This document shows, piece by piece, positions 34,991 to 43,832 of a stretch of DNA of 54,584 bases. Numbering within the stretch: position 1 is the stretch's first letter; each line of letters starts with the position of its first letter. Source of the stretch: Minisyncoccota bacterium (GTDB lineage Bacteria; Patescibacteriota; Minisyncoccia; Phycocordibacterales; JABMNX01); assembly GCA_040876885.1 (NCBI GenBank), contig JBBDOU010000005.1, positions 38,620 through 93,203 on the forward strand. Direction: 5' to 3'. The notes under the pieces are model-generated. The model made no database searches and had not been told where the DNA came from. It worked only from the letters and a program-made list of their open reading frames with translations. The translations under genes and the position numbers were made by a program.

Positions 34991-36216
34991 AAATAGTTTT
35001 CTTACAGGACGATTTTCCCCCACAGAGCTTTGGCGGAGCAGGTATTTCTACACACGAACTTGCTGTCGAGATGAAAAATGCTGGACATGAGGTTTTCGTA
35101 ATCACGACTTGTAGAAAAGAAAGCGAAGCGGGAGAGCTGGACTACCATGGACTAAAAGTTTTTAAAATAGTGAGCGATTATCACCAAAGATGGCGTGCCT
35201 ATGTGAGTTTGTACAACCCCCTGGTTGTCCGACAAGTGAAACAAATCTTAAAAGAGGTAAAGCCGGATGTGGTGCATGCAAATAATATCCATGGGTATCT
35301 TTCATACTATTCTCTCAAGGTTGCGAAGCAATATGCGAAGGGGGTTGTCTTTACTGCACGCGATGCTATGGCGTTCAATTATGCAAAATTAAACACCGAG
35401 CGGTATCTTAAGAATCTTGACCCTCGTACGACGTGGCGTGACCATTTAAGGCAGGCGGGAAGGCGCTGGAATCCCCTCAGGAACTTGCTTATTCGGCACT
35501 ATTTAAGATATGCGGATAGAGTTTTTGCAATAAGTAAGTCTCTGCAGGAGGCTCTTACCCAAAATGGCTTCAGTAATGTTGAAATGATACACAATGGAAT
35601 AGATGTGCATGGGTGGGATATAGATTCTGCTACCATTACTCGGTTTCGGAGGCAGTATAATCTCCTTGATAAGAGAGTCATCCTATTTGGAGGCCGGCTC
35701 AGTGAGGCCAAAGGGGGTGCCAAAGCGGTTGAAGCATTAGCGCAAATAGTTAAAGAGGTGCCCGACACTGTTCTTTTAATTGTCGGTACGGTTGATGAGT
35801 ATGCAAAAGTAATGAAAATCCGTGCAAAGAAACTTGGTATAGAAAATCACCTTATTTTTACCGGATGGGTCGAACGAGAAGAGATTAAGGTTGCATACGC
35901 TGTGTCATATGTCGTATTGATGCCTTCAATATACCTGGATACATTTGGGAGAGTAAACATTGAAGTAATGGCCTCAAAAAAGCCTGTCGTTGGCACGTGC
36001 TATGGAGGGACCCCCGAGATTGTGGTAGATGGTGTCACTGGTTATATTGTAAACCCACTACACCCCGAAGAAATTGCTGAGAAGAGCATCGATTTACTCA
36101 AGAACCCCGCGAAAGCAAAAGAGTATGGCGAAGCAGGGTACAAGAGAGCTCGGGAGTACTTTAATCTTAAAAATGTGGCGGAACAGTATATCGCCGTATA
36201 CAATACAATAATATGA
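34987..36216 (+). CDS. Glycosyltransferase, GT4 family
   Basis: ATGA overlap. MKIVFLQDDFPPQSFGGAGIST. MPSIYLDTFGRVNIEVMASKKPVVGTCYGGTPEIV. Confidence 0.8.
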   Translation: MKIVFLQDDFPPQSFGGAGISTHELAVEMKNAGHEVFVITTCRKESEAGELDYHGLKVFKIVSDYHQRWRAYVSLYNPLVVRQVKQILKEVKPDVVHANNIHGYLSYYSLKVAKQYAKGVVFTARDAMAFNYAKLNTERYLKNLDPRTTWRDHLRQAGRRWNPLRNLLIRHYLRYADRVFAISKSLQEALTQNGFSNVEMIHNGIDVHGWDIDSATITRFRRQYNLLDKRVILFGGRLSEAKGGAKAVEALAQIVKEVPDTVLLIVGTVDEYAKVMKIRAKKLGIENHLIFTGWVEREEIKVAYAVSYVVLMPSIYLDTFGRVNIEVMASKKPVVGTCYGGTPEIVVDGVTGYIVNPLHPEEIAEKSIDLLKNPAKAKEYGEAGYKRAREYFNLKNVAEQYIAVYNTII

Positions 36217-37253
36217 AAAAGAAACGGGTAGGTATTGTTGGATATGGAGTCATTGGTAAAAGACGCAGGCAATATATTGATGCGCATCCATTTCTTGAGA
36301 CTGTCGCTATTTCTGATACCAATCTTGAGTCTGGACAAAATGAAGTTGGTGGAGTAAGTGCATACCATAACCATACTGACTTACTCAATCTCGATATCGA
36401 CGCAGTCTTTATTTCTGTTCCAAATTATGTTGCACCTGAAATCACCATAGCGAGTCTAGAAAAGGGGATACACGTTTTTTGTGAAAAACCGCCGGGTCGT
36501 TCAGTGGAGGATATTGAATCAGTTATTGAAGTAGAGAAAGCTCATCCGGAGGCTGTCTTAAAATATGGTTTTAATCATCGGTATCATGATTCTGTTGAGA
36601 AAGCATTGAGCATTATAGAGTCCGGTGACTTGGGGGAAATAATAAATATGGAGGGGACATACGGTAAAAGTAAAATAGTTAACCCACAACTATCAACATG
36701 GCGGTCCAATCGCACACAGGCGGGTGGCGGAATCTTACTCGACCAGGGTATCCATATGCTTGATTTGCTGAGGTTGTTTTGCGGTGAATTTTATGACGTG
36801 AAGAGTTTTGTTACAAATGATTTTTGGAAACATGATGTTGAGGAAAATGTATTTGCGATTATGAAGGACACGCAGGGGAGAATTGCTTCAGTGCACTCAA
36901 GTGCAACCCTTTGGGAACATATGTTTTCTCTTAATATATATTTAACAAAAGGGTACATAAGGCTTTCCGGACTTCTGACAAGTTCTCGGAGCTATGGTGA
37001 GGAGACTCTTGTTATAGGAAAGCGGAGTGATTCTGAGCACGGAGTGCTTGAGTGGAACACTATTAAATCACTTGAAGACAGCTCATGGAAAAAGGAAATT
37101 GACGAGTTTGCAAAAGCAATAGTTGAAAATACTCCAATACGTTTTGGTAAAAGTGACGACGCACTAAAGACCATGCAGCTTGTATACAGAATATATTACG
37201 CAGACTTACCGTGGAGAGAGAAGTACCACATACCTAATCCAGACAAGACATAA
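36213..37253 (+). CDS. Gfo/Idh/MocA-family oxidoreductase
   Basis: ATGA overlap. KKRVGIVGYGVIGKRR Rossmann N-terminus. HVFCEKPP. GFNHRYH. Confidence 0.8.
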   Translation: MKKKRVGIVGYGVIGKRRRQYIDAHPFLETVAISDTNLESGQNEVGGVSAYHNHTDLLNLDIDAVFISVPNYVAPEITIASLEKGIHVFCEKPPGRSVEDIESVIEVEKAHPEAVLKYGFNHRYHDSVEKALSIIESGDLGEIINMEGTYGKSKIVNPQLSTWRSNRTQAGGGILLDQGIHMLDLLRLFCGEFYDVKSFVTNDFWKHDVEENVFAIMKDTQGRIASVHSSATLWEHMFSLNIYLTKGYIRLSGLLTSSRSYGEETLVIGKRSDSEHGVLEWNTIKSLEDSSWKKEIDEFAKAIVENTPIRFGKSDDALKTMQLVYRIYYADLPWREKYHIPNPDKT

Positions 37254-37257
37254 ATGT

Positions 37258-39021
37258 ATGAAAAGTGAAAACGCACTTGTTATTTTTGGTAAAGAGCTTC
37301 CTCCTCGACTGGCGCAGTTTAAAAGTGGTTCGACAGTTGTCTTTGCTTATAAGCAAATACGTAACGAGGTTGAAGACGCTGGTTTTAAGTGGAGTCCTCT
37401 TGAGGAGCTTGTTGACCCTGGAAATATTTATGAAGCGAGGAAGTTTGTTGAAGAGCTCTCTAGAGTATCTCTACCAGATGGTTCGCGTGTAACAAAGTCA
37501 GGAGTATATGAAGGGTATGAATTGTGGTGGGCACACTGTCAGAATTTATTTCTTTACTTCACGTTACCGCATACACAATATAAGAGACTTCTCGAATCCT
37601 TAAAGAAATACAACTCAATCTTCTTATACCAACCTCCGTACAAGAGTCTTTTTTTGTGCTATCTCCGTGCGTATGGAAAAGAGGTTTCAGTCCTTAGTGA
37701 GTCGTACCTAAGTGGTCAAAAGATCATCCCTCTTGGTGTTGTCGTGCAAATGTTTATCACATTTATAAGTATCCCGATATTAATAGTTCGTCGGTATCCC
37801 GTAATGATGTTTACCGGAGATAAATTTGAAAAGTCGAAAGACTACGATTTTAGAATGAGATTTCTCTATGAAGAGTTGAGGAGTAGGCAAATTCATTTTG
37901 TTGAATTCATACGAAGTCTAGAGCCGTGGCGTGTAATAATAGAACACGCTTTAAAAAGAAGACGCCCCATAATCTATTCTGAGGCTGTTACGTTCAGTGC
38001 CCGATTTATAAGTTTTGTAACTGGTGGCTCCCGTAGAGTGCGAAATAAGTTTATGTTCCCCAAGCCGCTAGAAGGTATGTCTTCTGAAGGTTACTTTAGA
38101 CTACTTGTCACAACACAATATCTACTAACGGTTGATGAAGATATATGGGCTATACGCATCATGAAACTGATTACACGCTTAATTGGTTTGAGGGCGTCTA
38201 TAGTAACTGCGACCATTGAACGTAATTTCCATAGTGTTTTGGCATGTAAATTAAATTCAATACCGGTGACCGGTATTTTGCATGGCGCAAATACCCATAA
38301 CTATAATGTCTATGATTTTATGCAGGGGTTTGATGGTGAAAAGAGACTGTCCGTTGATAAATACGGAGTGTGGAGTGAGTGGTGGAAAGCTTACTATGAA
38401 AAGGAAAGTGACGCCTACGGAAAAGAGCAACTCTTTGTTTCTGGTCCAATGAGACCACTTGAAGGTGTTGCCACTCATCAAGAAAGGGTGTCGGCAAATA
38501 ATAGTAAGAAGAAAGTACTCTTTGTTTCAGAAATAGTTGCTGTTCCAGCCGAGGTTATGCCATATCTAGAGGCGTTAACTAAAGTTGAGGATTTTGATGT
38601 GTATATAAAATTTAGATCTTATGGGGATAATTTTGAAGCATGGTTAAATAATAATCGACCTGACTTCCTTAATACATTTGATAAAAAGAAAATCCTAAAA
38701 GGAGACATGCATAAAGCAATAGAAATATGTGATGTGATAGTAGGTTCTCAGAGTACGGGCGTCATTGAAGCAACACTGCACTTGAAGCCGTTTGTCTTTT
38801 TTAGGACAAAAAAATGGGGCGATTATTTTAGTATGAAATCATTTGATTCCCAGTATAGTTTCTTTGCTGAGGATAGCAGTGAATTAGAGGATTGTATTAG
38901 AAAAAGTGGGACCATTCCAACTGATGTGCTGAAAGGTGTTCGAGATAAGTTTTTTGGTGACCCTCATAAAAATGGAAGCGCTTGGGTGATTGATCAGGTT
39001 GAGGATGTGTTGCAGAAATAG
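37258..39021 (+). CDS. Hypothetical protein (587 aa) closing the glycan operon; the C-terminal half may be GT-B/TagF-like
   Basis: Trimmed from ORF 37180 to the first ATG after the upstream stop. One central TM-like segment (IIPLGVVVQMFITFISIPILIV). C-terminal KKVLFVSEIVAVP...VIVGSQSTGVIEATLHLKPFVFF. No family recognised confidently. Confidence 0.5.
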   Translation: MKSENALVIFGKELPPRLAQFKSGSTVVFAYKQIRNEVEDAGFKWSPLEELVDPGNIYEARKFVEELSRVSLPDGSRVTKSGVYEGYELWWAHCQNLFLYFTLPHTQYKRLLESLKKYNSIFLYQPPYKSLFLCYLRAYGKEVSVLSESYLSGQKIIPLGVVVQMFITFISIPILIVRRYPVMMFTGDKFEKSKDYDFRMRFLYEELRSRQIHFVEFIRSLEPWRVIIEHALKRRRPIIYSEAVTFSARFISFVTGGSRRVRNKFMFPKPLEGMSSEGYFRLLVTTQYLLTVDEDIWAIRIMKLITRLIGLRASIVTATIERNFHSVLACKLNSIPVTGILHGANTHNYNVYDFMQGFDGEKRLSVDKYGVWSEWWKAYYEKESDAYGKEQLFVSGPMRPLEGVATHQERVSANNSKKKVLFVSEIVAVPAEVMPYLEALTKVEDFDVYIKFRSYGDNFEAWLNNNRPDFLNTFDKKKILKGDMHKAIEICDVIVGSQSTGVIEATLHLKPFVFFRTKKWGDYFSMKSFDSQYSFFAEDSSELEDCIRKSGTIPTDVLKGVRDKFFGDPHKNGSAWVIDQVEDVLQK

Positions 39022-39101
39022 TACGTGCAAGCCAATCAATTGACACCGTTCATTTATAATGGTATTTTTTCTTTAGATACAACCGATTAAGGATTATTGT
39101 T

Positions 39102-39347
39102 ATGCCTCATGTAGAAACAATCGATGGAAGACCCTGTGTGGTTGCAGAACGTGGCGATAGTCTTGATGTTATCATTAAGGCCTGCAAAAAAGACGCATTC
39201 CAAATGCCTACCCCTGACGATCCTGAGCCTCGCTATTTACATAAACTGGTTTCTGATAAAAAGCCAGAACTCCGACCTATTGAAGGGATTGTGATGACTG
39301 TTGAGAACTTATTACCGGAAGTTCGTGCAGCGAGTCTTCTGCCTTGA
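39102..39347 (+). CDS. Hypothetical small protein (81 aa)
   Basis: ATG preceded by AAGGATT. Followed by a strong terminator. No recognisable motif. Confidence 0.45.
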   Translation: MPHVETIDGRPCVVAERGDSLDVIIKACKKDAFQMPTPDDPEPRYLHKLVSDKKPELRPIEGIVMTVENLLPEVRAASLLP

Positions 39348-39364
39348 GCATGGCGAGGTATTTG

Positions 39365-39406
39365 CCCATTAAATGAGGACACGCGTCCTTGTTTAATGGG
39401 TTTTTT
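39365..39406. terminator. Rho-independent terminator between convergent genes
   Basis: CCCATTAAA...TTTAATGGG outer stem with an inner GGAC/GTCC pair, then TTTTTT. Confidence 0.8.
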
Positions 39407-39423
39407 GTATTAATCCGTATTAG

Positions 39424-40689
39424 TTATCGAGTCGACATTTTCCAAATAGTAGTTCCGACAAGAACACTAATAAACGAATTTAATGTGTATGCAATAACAA
39501 GACCAAGAATCCCTCCAAAAATACCAAGTGTAGTATAGAGAGTGAGTAGGATAGCGCTTTGGACGATACTTCGAATAAAAATAATCCGTGACATTTTTTG
39601 GGCTTCAAAAAGCAGGCTGAGATAGCGATTTGGCATTGCGAAAAGAAAACTTATCGCGAGGACTTGTGAATAAATAACACCATCGAGATATTGTGGCAGA
39701 AGATATTTGAAGAAGTATGGTGCTAAGAGGATATAGAATACTCCAATTATTCCGCCGACAAACATTCCTTGAAGTATTCTTTTAGAGAACACGGTGTTTA
39801 TCTCCTCTGGAGTTTTTTCAACGAATTTTGGAAATCCGAGTCCAACCCAGTTTTTAATAAACAAAGCCACTCTGTCTGGAACGGCAAGTGCAAGGAGGTA
39901 GGTTGCGAGTTGTGCAGGTCCCCAGTAGTGCGCTAAGATGATTTTATCTATTTGGGCTGTGATTGGGCCAATAAGTCGTATGAACGTAAGCTCTCTCCCG
40001 TACTTGAGCATTTCATTTGACAAAGGAGCAATATCTCCAAGCTGGAATTTTTTTATAATAAAGAAATAAAAGAAAAGTGTAGAGGTAAAGGTGGAGAGAG
40101 CGTAGGCTACTACAAGCCAAAGTACTTCACCGCTAAAAATAATCGCAGTAAAGGTTCCTGCAACATAAACGGTTGCTGAGACAATATTCGAAATACTCGC
40201 AAATCCAAATTTTTTCTTACCTTCAAGATACGCTCCGTATGTGTTAAGTGCGAGTGTTGGAGGTACGAGTACGCCAAGAATTAGGAACGAGGTTCCAAGA
40301 AGGGTATCAGTATTTATAAAATAGTATGCTGATAGTGCCCAAAACGCGACGAGCATAACCATGTTCCACTTCAGTTGGTAGAGTACGGAAACCTTTAATG
40401 CGCCGTCATTGCCCGATGCCACAGCCCTTGCTACAGCACTATTCATTCCCGTGAGTGTAAAAATATTCAAGACTCCCGCAAGCGCAAGGATGTAGCGATA
40501 GATACCGTAGGTCTCTTTAGGAAGAAGGTTTGCAAACGCTACGATTAAACCAAGAGACAATATGCTGGTAATTGTTTGCCCAGAAGTAACCCACAAGCCG
40601 CCTTTGGCAAGGTAGAGCATATCGGTCTTTGTATAGCGCTCACTCCAGCGGAGGAGTTGGTAGATTTTGTTTCGGTATCGCCGTATCAC
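39424..40689 (-). CDS. Polysaccharide flippase (Wzx-like, MOP superfamily)
   Basis: About 12-14 TM segments. N-terminus YTKTDMLYLAKGGLWVTSGQTITSILSLGL typical of oligosaccharide flippases. Apparent GTG start. Confidence 0.7.
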   Translation of the reverse strand: MIRRYRNKIYQLLRWSERYTKTDMLYLAKGGLWVTSGQTITSILSLGLIVAFANLLPKETYGIYRYILALAGVLNIFTLTGMNSAVARAVASGNDGALKVSVLYQLKWNMVMLVAFWALSAYYFINTDTLLGTSFLILGVLVPPTLALNTYGAYLEGKKKFGFASISNIVSATVYVAGTFTAIIFSGEVLWLVVAYALSTFTSTLFFYFFIIKKFQLGDIAPLSNEMLKYGRELTFIRLIGPITAQIDKIILAHYWGPAQLATYLLALAVPDRVALFIKNWVGLGFPKFVEKTPEEINTVFSKRILQGMFVGGIIGVFYILLAPYFFKYLLPQYLDGVIYSQVLAISFLFAMPNRYLSLLFEAQKMSRIIFIRSIVQSAILLTLYTTLGIFGGILGLVIAYTLNSFISVLVGTTIWKMSTR

Positions 40690-40760
40690 AGTATTACTAT
40701 TTTAGTCTATAAATTTTAGAGTTCCTAGCATCATAAAACACGAGGTGGTATAGTTTTCCT

Positions 40761-42953
40761 ATGAATTTTGAGACTTTAGCACGGAAATTTGTCACGTGGG
40801 GAGTATTTCTTATCCCTTTCATTCCTCTTATTATTTCTTTTTCTTTATTCTTTCCGTTTATCACAGGAAAGAACTTCGCTTTCCGTATCATTGTTGAGCT
40901 ACTCTTTGGCGGATGGATGATACTAATACTCTATAACAAAGCATATAGACCTCGGTTCTCATGGCTCCTTGGAAGTGTGGTTGCGTTTGTGGGGGTTATC
41001 GCGCTTGCAGATATTTTTGGGGAGAATCCACTGAAGAGCATCTGGAGTAATTTCGAGCGTATGGACGGACTCGTGACACTTGTTCACCTTCTTATGTACT
41101 TCCTCGTAGCTTCAACTGTTCTTAAGACAGAAAAGTTATGGACACGGTTTCTCAATACCTCAGTTGGGGTAAGTGGTTTCCTCGGTCTTTACGGACTCTT
41201 CCAGCTTATGGGGTTCATCACGATTAACCAAGGAGGAGTACGACTTGATGCCACGTTTGGTAACGCAACCTACTTGGCTATCTACATGCTCTTTCATGTC
41301 TTCATTACAACGCTACTGCTTGTCCGCTGGAATGGTGAACGGGTGATTCGATATGTATACGGAGGGCTTATTGCGCTCCAAGTAGCCATGGTTTATTTTA
41401 CTGCCACTCGTGGAGCAATACTCGGACTCCTTGGGGGGATACTCCTTGCGAGCGTACTCGTTGCACTCTTTGGAAGTGGCAGTAATCAAAAAACACTCAG
41501 AAAGATAGCGCTCGGTGTGCTCGTTACAGTCATTGTAATTGTCGGGGTATTTTTCACCATAAAGAATACAGACTTTGCAAAGGCGAGCCCCGTCCTTTCC
41601 CGATTTACTGACATGTCTCTATCGGGTGGGACGGTGAGCGCCCGATTTCAAATATGGAGTCTTGCTATAGAGGGAATAAAAGAGCGCCCTCTTTTAGGAT
41701 GGGGTCAAGAAAACTTTAATTTTGTATTTAATACACACTATAAACCAGAGCTCTATCCACAAGAGCAATGGTTTGATAGGGTGCATAACGTCGTGTTTGA
41801 CTGGTTGGTTGCAGGTGGAATATTTGGTTTCCTTGCGTACCTTTCGATGTTTCTCACAACACTTTGGTATACGTGGCATAGAAGAAATACATACTTTTCT
41901 GTTATAGAAAAGAGTGTCATCACTGGAATGCTTGCTGGGTACACATTTCATAATCTTTTCGTATTCGATAATCTTATGAGTTACGTACTCTTCTTTACAG
42001 TCATGGCATATGTACATTGGACGTACAAGGAAAGTACACGAGAGGAGTACATGGAAGGAATAGAAGATACGTGGGATAAAGGGATGGTATCTCGATTGTA
42101 TGCTCCGTTTCTTATTGTGCTGACATTATTTGCGGTCTATGTTGTAAATGGGAAACCACTCCTTACCGCATCTGCGCTCAGTAGTGCAATTTCAATACCA
42201 GGAGGACACCCCACGCAGATACCATTTTTTGAAAAAGCACTTCGGTATGACACGTTTGGCAATCAAGAAATACGTGAACAGTTGTCACAAATAGCAACGC
42301 GGGTTGCGGGAAGCGATTTAAGTGTCGAGATAAAGCAATCGTATCTGTCACTTGCTGGTAGTGAGCTGAAAAAGCAAGTTAAGGAAGTGAGTAACGACGC
42401 ACGCACGCAAATATTTACAGGAACACTTTTTGATTCTTTTGGTCAGTACGATGAAGCGCAGATATACCTCGAACAAGCAAATATGCTTTCTCCGCAGAAA
42501 CCAACAATCTTATTCCAGCTTGGACTCAATGCGCTTAATAGAGGAGATGCAGACGGAGCACTTAAGATATTTAAGCAAGCGTACGACATAGCTCCTGGTT
42601 ATGAAGAAGCACGTATTTTTTATGCGGTTGGTGCAATATATACAGGGAACGATACCCTGCTTCGTGAGATTCTTGTGCCAGAGTACGGTTCAATCGTTGT
42701 TAACAACAATCGTCTACTCCAGGCATATCTCAACAAAGGAAGGATGCAAGAGGTTCTAGGGATTTTACAATTACGAATAGCTGAGAATCCAAACGATCCT
42801 CAAACAAGACTGAGTCTTGCTGCGGTCTACTTAGAACTTAATCGCCGTAATGATTCTGTGATAGAGATACAAAAGGCAATTGACTTAGACCCGAGCTTCA
42901 AAGAACAGGGGGAGTATTTTATCCAAGAGGTTCGAGCAGGAAGGAATCCATAA
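40761..42953 (+). CDS. O-antigen ligase/polymerase-like (Wzy_C-type) membrane protein fused to C-terminal TPR repeats
   Basis: Polytopic N-terminal ~430 aa with YFTATRGAILGLLGG and the large loop typical of the O-antigen ligase family. C-terminal ~250 aa with TPR-like repeats (AQIYLEQANMLSPQKP, ALKIFKQAYDIAPGYEEA, VIEIQKAIDLDPSF). Confidence 0.7.
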   Translation: MNFETLARKFVTWGVFLIPFIPLIISFSLFFPFITGKNFAFRIIVELLFGGWMILILYNKAYRPRFSWLLGSVVAFVGVIALADIFGENPLKSIWSNFERMDGLVTLVHLLMYFLVASTVLKTEKLWTRFLNTSVGVSGFLGLYGLFQLMGFITINQGGVRLDATFGNATYLAIYMLFHVFITTLLLVRWNGERVIRYVYGGLIALQVAMVYFTATRGAILGLLGGILLASVLVALFGSGSNQKTLRKIALGVLVTVIVIVGVFFTIKNTDFAKASPVLSRFTDMSLSGGTVSARFQIWSLAIEGIKERPLLGWGQENFNFVFNTHYKPELYPQEQWFDRVHNVVFDWLVAGGIFGFLAYLSMFLTTLWYTWHRRNTYFSVIEKSVITGMLAGYTFHNLFVFDNLMSYVLFFTVMAYVHWTYKESTREEYMEGIEDTWDKGMVSRLYAPFLIVLTLFAVYVVNGKPLLTASALSSAISIPGGHPTQIPFFEKALRYDTFGNQEIREQLSQIATRVAGSDLSVEIKQSYLSLAGSELKKQVKEVSNDARTQIFTGTLFDSFGQYDEAQIYLEQANMLSPQKPTILFQLGLNALNRGDADGALKIFKQAYDIAPGYEEARIFYAVGAIYTGNDTLLREILVPEYGSIVVNNNRLLQAYLNKGRMQEVLGILQLRIAENPNDPQTRLSLAAVYLELNRRNDSVIEIQKAIDLDPSFKEQGEYFIQEVRAGRNP

Positions 42954-42971
42954 GGACATGAAAGAAAATAC

Positions 42972-42999
42972 TTGCATTATTTGAAATATATGCTATACT
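42972..42999 (+). promoter_or_regulatory. Sigma70-like promoter candidate
   Basis: TTGCAT (42972-42977), 16 nt, TATACT (42994-42999). No protein gene follows within 580 bp. Confidence 0.35.
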
Positions 43000-43582
43000 G
43001 CTTTCTGTGAGTGTCATACAAGTTGTGACTCTAACGAAAATCTACGTAAGATCCGTCCTTGTGGCGGGTTTTGCGTTTTTAAAACATCCTAGAGAGCACG
43101 GCTTTTATGTGCATATTACTTACGGTATACTATGGAGTAAGAGAATAATTAATGTAGTTATTGTTTCTATATACGGGGGGCGGCGGCACTCACATAAGAT
43201 TTTCATTTGGAGCTCGCACCCGCCTCCCATATATCGACGCAATAATGATTCTCTCGTGAGAATTCAAGAAGGCTAGTGTCACGGGATTATTTAACAGAGA
43301 CGTAAAAAATAAAACAAAAGTACTGTTTTAGAAAAAAGTCATACGTGGTGTGTAATATCTTTGACGTAAAAAAACTTTTTAATTTATTTTAGAAAAATTT
43401 TTAGAATTTTTTATTTTAAAAATAAAAAAGTTATCCACAAATAATTTTCATAATGAATTGTGTTTGTATACTGTGCGTTCGATAATGTAAGTAACTTCTC
43501 TAACGCGTTACAACAAAATCTTTTGTACAAGAGGGAAGACTTGGTCGGCATTATTTACATTTAATTTTTTTCTACATATTTT

Positions 43583-43735
43583 ATGGCAGCAAAAAAACGA
43601 CGAAAGGTGGCAAAGAAGCCAGCTAAAAAAGCAGCTAAGCGAAAGCCAGCTAAAAAAGCAGCAAAGAAAAAAGTAGCTAAGCGAAAGCCAGCTAAAAAAG
43701 CAGCAAAAAAGACTACCCGCCGACGAAAGCGATAG
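43583..43735 (+). CDS. Lys/Ala-rich histone-H1-like small basic protein (50 aa), below the ORF-track cutoff
   Basis: MAAKKRRKVAKKPAKKAAKRKPAKKAAKKKVAKRKPAKKAAKKTTRRRKR*. Repeated AK(R)KPAKKAA units. The listed ORF 43561..43782(-) is its antisense shadow. Confidence 0.6.
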   Translation: MAAKKRRKVAKKPAKKAAKRKPAKKAAKKKVAKRKPAKKAAKKTTRRRKR

Positions 43736-43832
43736 TAGTCTCTTTGCAGACTATTTCTAGCAAAATCCTCTCTATTGGTCAATCAGATCAGCAACTAGGG
43801 GGGATTTTGCTTGTATGGTATTATTGTCTTGT

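Noticed and set aside
43007-43276. 89-aa + strand ORF in the long intergenic gap
   Set aside because: It has a non-ATG start, odd composition (…IYGGRRHSHKIFIWSSHPPPIYRRNND…), no RBS and no motif. It also overlaps a predicted terminator-like hairpin. Treated as spurious.
43431-43439. Calling the region oriC on the basis of the perfect DnaA box TTATCCACA
   Set aside because: There is only one perfect box in the AT-rich gap. Other near-matches (13217-13225, and one inside the 16S gene at 10098-10106) are clearly incidental. No dnaA or dnaN is nearby, and GC skew cannot be computed from one window. It is reported only as a low-interest observation.
43561-43782. 73-aa minus-strand ORF (…FAAFLAGFRLA… repeats)
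   Set aside because: It is the mirror image of the Lys/Ala-rich + strand ORF 43583..43735. The + strand product is a recognisable H1-like polycation starting at an ATG, while the minus product is an implausible Phe/Ala repeat.
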